Source: Sarea resinae (taxonomy: Eukaryota). Taken from it: DNA of 64,000 nucleotides. Below, in pieces: positions 10,775 through 22,012 of the stretch; within the stretch, counting starts at the first letter, position 1, and every line of letters starts with the position of its first letter. Location: positions 124,001 to 188,000 of the forward strand of contig JAPEUD010000013.1 in the NCBI GenBank assembly GCA_026026165.1. Reading direction: 5' to 3'. The notes beneath the pieces were generated by a model. The model did not search any database, had not been told where the DNA came from, and was given only the letters and a program-made list of their open reading frames with translations. The position numbers and the translations under genes were made by a program.

Positions 10775-10896
10775 TCAGGAAGAGTTGCCTCAGACCTTCT
10801 TTTCGTGGGTTGCCTATTTGGGCATGCTTAGTCATGCCATAATAGCGCCGGGTAACGCCCGGCGCCACGAAAGGAGGTCTGAGCATGCTGAGGTAA
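10775..10896 (-). repeat. Right terminal inverted repeat (imperfect, internally palindromic)
   Basis: Its reverse complement matches the conserved blocks of 2918-3025. Confidence 0.85.
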
Positions 10897-10905
10897 AAAC
10901 ACTAT
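10897..10905 (+). repeat. Right target-site duplication AAACACTAT
   Basis: Identical to 2909-2917. Confidence 0.9.
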
Positions 10906-11132
10906 CCGTGCTGTCATCGCTACGGCGGTCCAGGAAGATTGCGAGCGCACTTCTAAGCCCAACGAGGTTACGCGAGGTGCGACTAACCTATATGGCCGAA
11001 CAAGCCTGGTAGCAACTAACATTGGATAGACACTGCCTGGTTGCCCCTCTAATCTTTTATGCTATCATACATTTACAAATTTGATGAACTCAATTGCTGA
11101 AAAGGCCGACGAGTGCCTTCTTGTTATTGCCA

Positions 11133-13031
11133 TCATTTTTTCGAGAAAAAAGACATGATGTTTCCCTGTCCCTTGCCACTGGCCTTCTTATGCTTGCTTG
11201 TAGAGACAGCCGCGGGCGTAGAACTCTTTGCCTTCCGAGGCTCCGGCTCCTCCTCAGAGAAGGATTCCCACACCGGCTCCTCTTTCGTCACTGGCCAAAA
11301 GTCAGCCTGTCGTTGATGAAGTTAATGGGGTTTCATTGATGACGAACCCAGATACCCTTCTTCATCTTTAATCGTCTTCTTCCTCAAAACCTTTCGTCTG
11401 CCCCGTCTTCGTCCTCCTGAGACTGTCACTGGAAGTGTCTCTTCCTTCTGCACTTCAGGCTCTTCGGGTTCAGCTGTCTCGATATCCTGCGGGACTTCGA
11501 CGGGCACTGGAGGCGGATCTGGCATCAATTCATCTAAGATTGATCAGTAGCTGCCTTTCTTGTATGGACGATCTCGTACCCTCTTCCTCCATCATTTTTC
11601 TTAATTCATCCTCTCGCTGGCTTTTGGCTTGTCGTCTAGATTCATCTTTACCATCGAATTTGTTGACGACGAAGTCCTCTTCTTGTTCGTCTTCCGAAGC
11701 ATCTTTCATCGGCTCTGGTCTAGTTAGAAGCAAGCGACAAAAGTCAGGTTTGGGCAACGAACCATCTTCACGAGCACTTGGCTCAGCCTGAAAATTGATT
11801 AGCGGCGTAGCCAGATTTACAATGATAGTGAAGACCAACTGAGTCAGGAGCAGAAAGGGCTGGTGAAGCCTCAGCCGAGCTGTCTGTATCTTTACGTTTA
11901 AGCTTTGGCTGGGATTTAGCAAATGATTTGAAGATATCAGAGGTATCTCGTCGTATCGACGGCTTGACGTTAGCCTTTCGCGTTTTGCCCTCCTTCGTTT
12001 CAGTGGTAGCATCAGGAGTTGCACTCTTCGCTTCTGGAATCTTGATTTCTTTGCTAGGATTTGCTGAAGCTTTCTTCTCACTCGTACTCTCCTTTTTGAC
12101 GTTGAGAGCCTGTGCCGAAGATCCAGTCGGGTTTTTGGATGCCATCGGTGCTTCTGCTGCTGGTGGAGGTGGACGGCGTGTTGATCTCCGCTGGATCGAG
12201 GAAGCGTCAATGACATGGCTCTGGCAAGGGAACATTGAAACGGACCTTCACATTCGGATTTCGTATAATGCCATATCGGCCCCCAACTTCCAGCGGGTCT
12301 TCATCAGCATATTTAGACGATATGTCTCGATTGCAATCTGACAAGATCTGTAAGTTCTGATATCAGAGGAGTCAGCCGCAAGAATTCCCCTTAGATTGCT
12401 TAGACCTTTGACTACCTTCGGTGAGCTTGGTCCAAGACTGTAGATATGGATGGAAGTGATCTTTTGGTATTGTGCTCTCACAGCTAGGCAGTATCAATAT
12501 TGGGCCATCTATGAATATTTGCAGCTTCATTCGATAAGGTGTGGCACCATGGACCTACCTTCGAGGTCTTCTTGCCGAGCCAAAGTGATCGAGTGTACGG
12601 GTATGCTCTCTTCCTGGGTAGATTGGTTCTGAGGTGGGCTGCTCATGAACGGACTGCTCTGCATATACCGGTCCTCCCCATCCGTGTGAGACTCTCCATT
12701 TGCTGCAACATCCGTAGCAGGCCGCCGTTCACCGCTGATGAGATAAGTCGCATGTACCGATCCAGGCTTTTTGGTGATCTCTTGTCGGTGAAATTCGAAC
12801 AACAGCCTGCCAGGTCTTAGTCATGGATGATGAGGATAGAATGAAGGTCTCGTTACTCCTTCGCAAGGCTGCTGTGGACTTTTAGAGCTCTGCTCAGCGA
12901 ACGATAGCTGACCTAGACCAACTTGCGTGAGTGGATGGTATTTCGGGTTGATATATGAAAGTCTCGTATCTTACTACATGGCCATCGTTGAGCACCCAAG
13001 CAGCAAGAAGGTGCTTGAAACCTTCGTCCAT
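11133..13031 (-). CDS. POL32: DNA polymerase delta subunit 3 (Pol32/Cdc27), multi-exon
   Basis: N-terminus MDEGFKHLLAAWVLNDGHV, then VHATYLISG, SIHIYSLGPS and GRRRGRRKVLRKKTIKDEEGYL. C-terminal PIP box QGNIMSFFSKK* (stop 11133-11135). Confidence 0.88.
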
Positions 13032-13398
13032 CTTGGATACGATGTTTAGACTTGGCTATGCTGTCTGTTGGATTAATACGTTCCTGAGAAGTTGGTGTTC
13101 ACGCGCGCCTTGGGGAGGACGCGACCAATTTACGCGTATTACGTACTCCGGAGTAAAGTTCAGCATTTCGAGCTTCGGATTTCTTGGCTTACGGCCGGGA
13201 ACTGTCAGCTTCCCGTGCTGACGCCTAGCATGGCCAGATCCACAGAATTCACCATTGATTCCGACGATGGAAACTCTACTTCGCAGGAGATGACGAGGAA
13301 CATAATTCCATCTATCAAATCAGCATTTACGATTGAGCATTCTTGATAACATAGAGCTTTCGACAACCATATCTGTACATCTCCGGAACATTCCAGCC

Positions 13399-14980
13399 AT
13401 GGCAGGGGACTCTCACATCATTCGCGAGGTTGGTATGTATTTGAGATCAAGAACTAGATCATGCTTTTTTCCACTTCTGACATTCTCGATGCTCAGGGAA
13501 TCTCGAGAGGTTATCGACTGCCCGCCATTCGCTCGGCATATATCGTTGCGTCATTGTCACCGCTAGATACTGTAATGGAAATTTCGATAGCGAAGCATCT
13601 TTCAAGTCTTTCTTTTTCAGCGCTCTTTCTCGAGTCGTCTTGAGGCACCCTGCTCTGTGTTGTGGCTTCGTCGATGAAGACAAAAGGGACGCTTCTTTTG
13701 TTGGACTGCGCGAAATTGATCTCAACCGTGTTGTGAGGTTCCAGACATACGACAGTGGAGATGGGCCATCCTACGAGAACGGCCAAAGAAAGCTATTGGA
13801 GCATGAACATTTGCAGCTGTGGGAGCATCTAGAAACCAATCCGGGATGGAGAGTGGTCGTCAGCCATCTCCCCCAGGCAGACCACGAGACGGTCAAGTCT
13901 CAGACGTCTATGATGGATGTTGTGTTTGCCTTTCATCATGCAGTGGGGGATGGACTGAGCGGAGCTGTATTCCACAGATCTCTGCTGAAAGAACTCCGGT
14001 CCACTACCTCGACTTTCGACCCTACAAAGCCCTGCACACCTCTGGTGCAACTACCCGAGAAGATCGAACTTGTCGAGCCAGTGGAGAAGCTTCTTAAATT
14101 CTCATTCTCGCTTCGGTTTATTTGCGGCTTCGTGTTCCGTGCATTGATTCCGTCGTGGCTGTTGGGAAAGGGTCCCATATGGGCGGGCGCACAGTATTAT
14201 CTGTCGAGTCCAGAGGAATTCAAGACTCATGTTCGCCACTTCTCAATCCCACAAGAGCAGCTCAAGTGTATCCTCAGTGCTTGTAAGGCCAAGAGTGTAA
14301 CACTGACGGGTCTCCTCCATGGCTTGCATGTTACATTACTCGCACAAATGGTTCCAGACGCCGACCGGCTCTCTGGTCATACCCCTTATTCGCTCCGACG
14401 CTTGATTCCGAAATCAGAGGAAGAAGTGGCTGTTCAGGTTTCGGTGTTGGAAATTGATTTTCCTTCACGGTTTTTCCGATCCAGCCGAAACGCGGCTGGA
14501 AGCGGAGAACCAGATTGGGAAGAGGTCTGGAAGGTGGCGAGATATTACGGCAAATTGATGCAGCGAGAGGTGGACAGGGCTCCGAAAGACAACGTAGTTG
14601 GTCTTCTGGGCTTCATCGGGGATTATCATGACCATTACCGCAAACTTTTGCAGAAAAAGCGAAAGTCGACTTATGAGATATCCAATATCGGGGTCTTTGG
14701 TGAACGCGCGTGCATTTCATCTGCTGATGTGCATGAAGACGGCAGTGGCTGGGGTATACACAGCATGATCTTCACCGGAAGTGGCATGGTTACTGGACCT
14801 GCATTGGGCGCGACTGTGGTCAGTGTCCAGGGAGGGCCCCTGAGCATTGCCTTCACTTGGCAAGATGGCATCTTCGAAGAAGCTTTCGTCGACAACTTCG
14901 TCGACAACTTAGAGACATCACTGCGGGAATTGAGCAGCAAGGAAGAGAAAGTTGTGTCGATATTGGAGACACCAAAGTGA
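13399..14980 (+). CDS. Alcohol acetyltransferase-like (condensation-fold) protein
   Basis: HHAVGDGLSG (HxxxD) motif, SNIGVF and GPLSIAFTW. A short first exon MAGDSHIIREV is followed by a GTATGT intron. Confidence 0.8.
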
Positions 14981-15555
14981 GGATAATCTTTCCTGAGGAA
15001 GGAGGCATTCTGATTCCCTGCTAACCCTAGAGTAATGTTTAATAATGTACGGGAGTCTTGATACACGAGACTTCAATGATAAACTATTCTTTTCTCCATG
15101 ACATTCCAAGTTGTGCCTACCTTATCTATCCTCGCTATTGAATAAAACGTGCGACGGCTATCTCTCAACACTCGACGTAGCGGATGAAAGATGAGTGGCC
15201 CGGAGACTACTCCGGAAGGTCGAACTGCTACATCGATCTTCGTACCTCAGGCACGCGTACCTCTTGCACCCCCGGACCCTTCCCATCGTCATCAGCATGT
15301 GCATCAAGGCGACATGTGAATTGAGGATCCACCTCAACAATTCCACTTTTCGAGTGATTCGTGAAAGAAGAATCTTATCTTTCGCTATTGTTGTCGACCA
15401 TGCAACAGCAGCCACGGCCCAGATTTGACGCATAAAATGTCCAACTCTCCAATATCTCCATCATCCTCGTCATCTTCGTCTTCGTCTTCTTCGTCTTCTT
15501 CTTCTTCTGCAGCATCTTTCCTCACTTACCCGAGCAGGCCTTGACTCTTGTCACG

Positions 15556-17206
15556 ATGCTCGGGACATCCACCCCAGAATATGTCTTCATCTGCACCTGT
15601 ATAATCTTCCTGCACAGTATAGCGCCTTTCAGCATCCTCTATGTTGTCTTGCGACAGGCCTCGCCCCTTCTGCCATTGCCCTTTCAAGTTGTCCACCTTC
15701 CCTATTACTTCGAAGTGTGGCTCTGGTGCGAGGCCATTTTCTACGCCCTGATCTATCTCCCATATAGAGCCTATCTTGAGCGCGATGCCGTTCATCCCGA
15801 ATTACTGCCGCAGGCGGAGAGGACGGAGCTCTTCGCTCGCTGTAACGCCCACGTGGATGATCCAGAGAGATACATCAGTCAATGGATGCTAGGAGCCAAG
15901 AAAGAAGACATCCGGCGTGAGAACGTCAAAGAATTTCTCAGATGGGCTTTCTTCAATGCCGGCAAGGCAGAGGAGAAGTACGAGGAGGAAGTTGAGGGCT
16001 ACGTACAAGCTATCGAGAGGCTGTCGGGGAGAGAACTCCCACCAGGAAAGGGCAAAGCGAGATCTTTGAGATTGACGCTGGATAGAGTCGGCTGCCTGCA
16101 TCGAAGTTTATTGTGGTATATGGTTAGTAGCCTTTCGTTCTATACTCTCTGGGTTGAAAAATGACTGACTGAGATATTCGCAGTGCCTGGCTGTCGTTGA
16201 TACTGCCGCGCACTGTATCTTGTCATACCACGGCTTTCGGTTCTACAGAGCCTCCTTCGCGAAATTCTTCACGCTTTTCCCTTTCCGCCCTCTGACGCTC
16301 CTGTCTCCTTTCAAGTCCCCGTCAGAGAAGCTGACGTACTGGCATCGCCCACATTCGTCACGTACCCGACTGCCGGTGCTCTTCCTCCATGGTATTGGTG
16401 TAGGACTATTCCACTACACCGCATTCCTCCGCGAATTAGATCTGAAGGGAAAGGGGTCAGAAGAAGACAGTGGAGACGTTGGCATCATCGCTCTTGAGAT
16501 CATGCCCGTAAGCTCTCGCATAACTTACCCGGCGCTGGAGAAGGATGTCATGGTCCGTGAAGTCGTGACGATCGTTAAGAAGCACGGTTGGAGCAAATTT
16601 ATACTCGTCGGCCACTCGTACGGCACCATCATCTCCACACACTTGCTCAAATCGCCACTCAGCTCGCCTCTCATTGGCCCCGTTGTCCTCGTGGATCCCA
16701 TCTCTTTCCTCTTGCACTTACCAGACGTCGCATACAACTTCACCGCTCGTCAGCCCTCACATGCGAATGAGTACCTTTTGTGGTATTTCGGTAGCAAGGA
16801 TATTGGGGTAGCTCATACGTTGGCAAGGCGCTTTTTCTGGACCGAGAACATAATGTGGAAAGAGGACCTGGGCTTAGAAGGGGATGATGGAAGGAAGGTG
16901 ACGGTAGCGTTTAGTGGGAGGGATATTGTGATCGACGCGAACAATGTCGGACGTTATCTCACGGCAGAATCACCGAGAGGCCAACGGAACGGTACCAAAG
17001 CACTGGAGACTGCCCATGGAGATGAGCAGACCAGGCGTGGCGAACTCGTCAGCACCAAGGGAGACGAATGGAAAAGGAGACCGTGGGTGGGATCTGGATT
17101 AGAGGTACTGTGGTTTGATTATATCGGTCATGGTGAATTGTTTGAGCATGAAGAGACTCGAGGGCCGGTCATCGAGGCAATCGTGGCGTATTCTGCGGCT
17201 GGATGA
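15556..17206 (+). CDS. Membrane-anchored alpha/beta hydrolase
   Basis: PVLFLHGIGVG, nucleophile elbow GHSYG, VDPISFLLH and C-terminal GH. Intron at about 16123-16183. Hydrophobic N-terminus. Confidence 0.82.
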
Positions 17207-17623
17207 TTTCATGTCATATATATAGATACCTTGGTAGCAACGGATGGGATAGATTTGAATAGATTCATGAATCTCATGAATAAATCAACTGGTTGATAGA
17301 GGCTGACATGGCTGACTCAGGAGACAAGGTGCGCCAGTCGTTCCAGAACATCTGGCGGAAGTTACCGAGTGACATCGCCGGTGATCTTCAATTGATAGTC
17401 TCAACAGCTGGCAACCGCCCGAGAAGCCATGCTGATGCTGATGCCCATGCTGATCGTTGTTTGAGAGACTCGAAACCTCGAGGTGCTGCTAAAGATCCTC
17501 TGATCCGTCATATGGATCTCTCTGCCTTCATAACAGAAGCCCTCCCTTGGATTCGAGAGGCGTCTTGGAGTGACAGCACATCGCTGAGATCGGGCACGAC
17601 CTCGGGAATCTCCCCGGCTGCCA

Positions 17624-20192
17624 ATGGCTGATCGTGATCGAATTGCCGGAAAGCCACTCTCTCCGGGCTCGGGTGGACCGTTGATTGTGCAAAAGAAGAG
17701 GGCAGATCGCCCGCACCCCTCTCCATCTCCCGCGGCTTCTCTCGCAAACCTACCTTACCGACGCTCAAGCGCCTCGCTGTCGACCCTGTTCGCATCAACG
17801 TCCAACTTGCCAGCTTTGAAACCGGTATCTCCAACGGAGACTCCACCACTAGCTGCAAACTCCGGCTCCGTCTTCTCGCCGAGCGCCTCGACGGTAGCCT
17901 CTCCACTGTCCGACGTCAAGTCCGATGATGCGCGAACCCTCATATCACGATCCTTTGTACCTCATGTCGCCATCCATGCATCCATCGACACGGAAGAGAT
18001 CGCAAAGGAGAAAGGCTTCGATGGAGGTTTCTTGCAGCTGCTTCGCCCATTCGGGGAATTGGTGTCGGGCAAAGTCACCGTAAGAGATAGTGTGGGATCC
18101 AGCAGAGCCTGGGAAGATTTTGGAGTACGATTTAGTGGACTTGGGGATGGACTGGCCGACTATTCCTCTGCAGATCGAAGAAGTATGGATTTGAGGAGCA
18201 GGCCAATCAGCGGAGCCCCAGACGTGGGATCCGACCTGCAATCGTTACCTACTTCTGTTCTGCGCAGGGGTGGAGATCTCTCCTCAATAGAAGCCTTGGT
18301 CGACCGTCACCTTTCGCACGCGGAGATGGTGTCCGATAACTATGTCACCGACTACATCAATTACAAAGACTCTGCCAAACAGTCTTCATCCTCTACGTCG
18401 CCATTCTTGATGCTCTATCTCCGAAGACTCCTCTCTGGCCTGCCCCTGGCCCCTCAAGAAACCTTTTCGCATCCTGTCGCATGTGTGATCGCCATCAGCT
18501 CACGGAACCCATCACCGATAGAGACCCTTCGCCGACTGTACAGTAGCACCAGCCAAGGAGAAAAAAGATTGCCAATGTGGGTAAATAATGAATACCTGAG
18601 ATACTACGTTTTGGTCCACGACGAAGATAGAGACGACATCACGAAATCGAATGCTTTGTTTGACCAGATGAAACGGCATTTTGGACTTCACTGCCACCTC
18701 TTGCGACTGCGAAGTGTCCAGTGCGTTCCTACAGATGATGACAGTATCAGAATACCAAGTTGCGAGTGGATCTCTGCGACAGAGGAGCTAGCAGAGATCC
18801 AGAAGAGAGGTATCTTCCGGTCACCCACCGATATAGATATGGCACTGACCCTTCTCAGAACTCTCCGAGGACCTTGAAGACCCCACTCCCTGCATATTCG
18901 AGTCGGACGCAACTGGGATTCGCACTTTTGTGCGAGAAATGGTGACACAGTCAATTGTCCCATTCATGGAACGATGCGTCAGCACCTGGAACGACCAAGT
19001 CGCATCGCGGAGGCGAGGTCTAAGCGGACGATTCATGTCTCTCTCGAAACGTTGGGCCGGCTTCGGCGCAGTATCACGCGCCTCTTCAGGCGCGGGACTT
19101 GTGGGGTCGGGCGGCTCCAACAGTAATTACGACTCCCTTCAAGGTTTCTACCGCGCCGACACTCCCGAGGCCACAATGCGCAGACTCGCCGACTACGCCT
19201 TTATGCTCCGAGACTGGAAACTGGCCCAATCGACATACGAACTCCTCCGTTTGGATTTCAATAATGATAAAGCCTGGAGATACCACGCCGCCGCCAATGA
19301 AATGACGGCCATCAGTACTCTACTCATCCCGCAAACCATGACCTCTAAGACGCGCTCCGAAACCATCGATCAAATGCTCGATTCAGCCGCATATTCCTAT
19401 CTCACCCGCTGCTCTAACCCCTACGGCGCCCTTCGCTCCCTCGCCCTCGCATCTGAACTCCTCAAAGTTCGAGGTGGCTCGGCCGCAGACGACGCCGCTA
19501 AATGGGACATTCGGGTCCTCGAATCTAAGATCCTAGGCCCGGTAGGCAACACGCTCTTTACGGAGCGCGTGGCCGCCTGCTTTGCGTCACGTAAGGGCGC
19601 AGGGACCGTCGGGTGGGGAGCTCGACGGCGAAAAGGCGCGCTGTGGAACGTACTTGCCGCAGATGCATGGCTGAAGCTGGAGAAATTCGTGCAGGCGGAG
19701 AAATGTCTTGATGAAGCTGAGAGACTGTACAGCCGGTACAACCACATGAACATCACCTCCAAAGAAAGAGAAAATGCAGAAGAAGGAGCAGCAGCTGGAG
19801 CAACAAAAGACCGTAGAGGTAGTAATAACCTCGCCTTCACCGCCATGGCGACATTCATCTCGGACCTCCGTCTCACGCTCAAAGCCAACCGAACCTTGGC
19901 CTCTCGCGCCGCCGGTGGTGGTACTAATGGTACTAATATGTTAGACGGTGGCGCAGACAACATGTTAGCCGAGGACGGCGACGCGGACGATGACGGCCAA
20001 GGGCTCGTGGAAGAAGAGAGCGAGAAACTCGATCTGAGAAGCCACCGGAAGAGTCTCATCGGTGGCGGCGTAGGCGGCGTCGCACCCTTTGCGTCACTGG
20101 ATACGGGTCCCTTGGGCGGGTTCTCGAGAACGACGACGGATCAGGATGAGTCTGGCGAGGGGGGCCGACGGATAGATGATCATTTCGAGTGA
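17624..20192 (+). CDS. TRS85: TRAPP III-specific subunit Trs85 (TRAPPC8)
   Basis: ETFSHPVACVIAISSR, YYVLVHDED, MKRHFGLHCHLLRL, VREMVTQSIVPFMER and RRLADYAFMLRDW. Intron at about 18810-18857. Confidence 0.88.
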
Positions 20193-21192
20193 TTGTCATG
20201 GCCGCTCGATTTGAGTTTTTTCCCATATTCTGGCGTCGTGGTAATCTCCTGGATCTCTACGCCCTTCCCCCCTTTCTCGATTTACTCCATGTTCTCCGGT
20301 CCTCCCTCTCTTTTTCCCATTTCACCAGGCATAAAGGCGTACGCACATCTCATAGCCAGCGATGGGCCGAGCCAGCTGGGGCCGACTTTCCTTGCATCCA
20401 ACTTCTTTTGTTTTCCGCCCGGTATGAGCATTTCTGGCGTTCCGAGGCGTGTCAGAATAGGTTTTCTTTCCCAGTGGTCCACTTCCCTGCCATTACGCCA
20501 TCCATTCGGCCTGCATACAGCTAGCCACCTCATTCAGGGAAGAGGGTGAAAGAGAGGGAGAAGAAGGGCGCTCGTTGGTGTATATAGTGTCTGACCGACC
20601 TCTACGACTACTACTACCACCACCACCACCACCATCACCATCTAATATATACACGGCATGCGGCGGGAGGGGGAGGCAAGGTGCCCCATAACGAACATGT
20701 AATTGAGTCCTCTATCAACTTCATCCTCTTCATCTTGGATCTGGGTCCTCAAGTGGCAGTCCTTGATCGCGAGTCTTGACCAAGAGATAGAACGTGTTGT
20801 GTCAATGTGCATCTATGAAAAACCATATAAGTGTATGCACATAGAGAGAGAGAGAGCACAAGAGCTATCAGTAAAAACCGGTGAAACCTCAAATCAATCA
20901 TGCAAAACCCAAACACACACAACAGACCTAGTGCCTTCCCTCTTTCCTTTCTACCTTCCTTCCCTCATTACACGGAAGGTAGGGGTGACCAAGACGTGAG
21001 GGCAAAATCCCTAGAAAGAGATAGATAACCCAAAATAAAGAACAATAGTAACGAAAACATCAGGGTTCTCAGTGTAATAACGAGTCTGCAACCGGATTTT
21101 CTCGGACTTGTTTTAAGTCTAGGAGGACGGATGAAAGAGTTAAGTTATACGTTGTCCGGAAATTAGATGGCAGGGGAAGTCGGGTTGTGTAG

Positions 21193-21236
21193 GTTGTGTT
21201 GTGTTGTGTTGTGTTGTGTTGTGTTGTGTTGTGTTG
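21193..21236. repeat. (GTGTT)n microsatellite
   Basis: About 9 tandem pentamers. Confidence 0.9.
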
Positions 21237-22012
21237 CGTAGCTGCGTTGAGTTATACTGTATTATATTCTGTAGTGTTAATCTCAAGCAATAATCTACCT
21301 AGTAGTTTAGTTTAGTTTGCAAGAGGCAGTTCGTTGACTGGGTTTAGCTTGCACTTGACTTGAATTGACTTGACTTGGCTCGGACTTGGCTTGAGAGGGT
21401 TTTGAAAGTGAGATAGAAGAGAGGAAGGGAGGAGAAGATGAGAAGGGAGGTGGGGGAGAAGAAGAAGAGAGAAAAGGAGAAGAGGATAGATTAGTGGATT
21501 AATGGTTAACAGTTATTAATTAGGAGGTGAGTGAGGGGGTGGATTAGGTTAGTGAGTTAGTTATAGGTAGGTAGGTTAGTAGATGGGTGGGTTAGTAGGT
21601 TCGTAGGTGAGTGAGTAAGTAGGTTCGTAGGTTCGTAGGTAGGTGAGTAAGAGAACAAGATAAAGGAAGGAAGGGGAGGATGAAGAGAGGAAGAAGGATG
21701 ATATGAAGTGGCAAGAGGACTAGAAAGCAACGAGAGAGAGGGGATAAGGGAAAAGGGAAAGGGGAAAGTGGAAATACGAAAGACGAAACGGAGCAGGGCA
21801 TGGAAGGAGAGAAAGAGGAAAAGGGGAGGGGGGTCGGAGGGAGGGAGCTCAGATAGATAGATAAGCAAACAGATAGACGGTGGTAATGACAACAGTACAG
21901 GAGATCATATTTCTGCCTTCCTCTTCCCTCCCCCTTGATAACCCTTCCACGCCATACCACAGCATATCATCTCGCCAAAGCCCAAACCCGAACCCAAACC
22001 AAACGAACACCC

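Larger units (their letters stand above)
2918..10896. mobile_element. Full-length AcademH-like DNA transposon (transposase + RecQ-like helicase + Zn-cluster gene), inactivated by point mutations
   Basis: 9-bp TSD on both sides. The terminal 23-mers TTGCCTCAGTATACTCAGACCTC (left) and TTACCTCAGCATGCTCAGACCTC (right, reverse complement) differ at 3 positions. DUF6589-type transposase on + converges with an SF2 RecQ-like helicase on -. A transposase plus helicase with 9-10 bp TSDs matches described AcademH elements. Confidence 0.88.

Noticed and set aside
2918..10896. Helitron or Starship
   Set aside because: The helicase is SF2 RecQ-like rather than Pif1/Rep, no tyrosine recombinase captain is visible, and the ends are TIRs with a 9-bp TSD.
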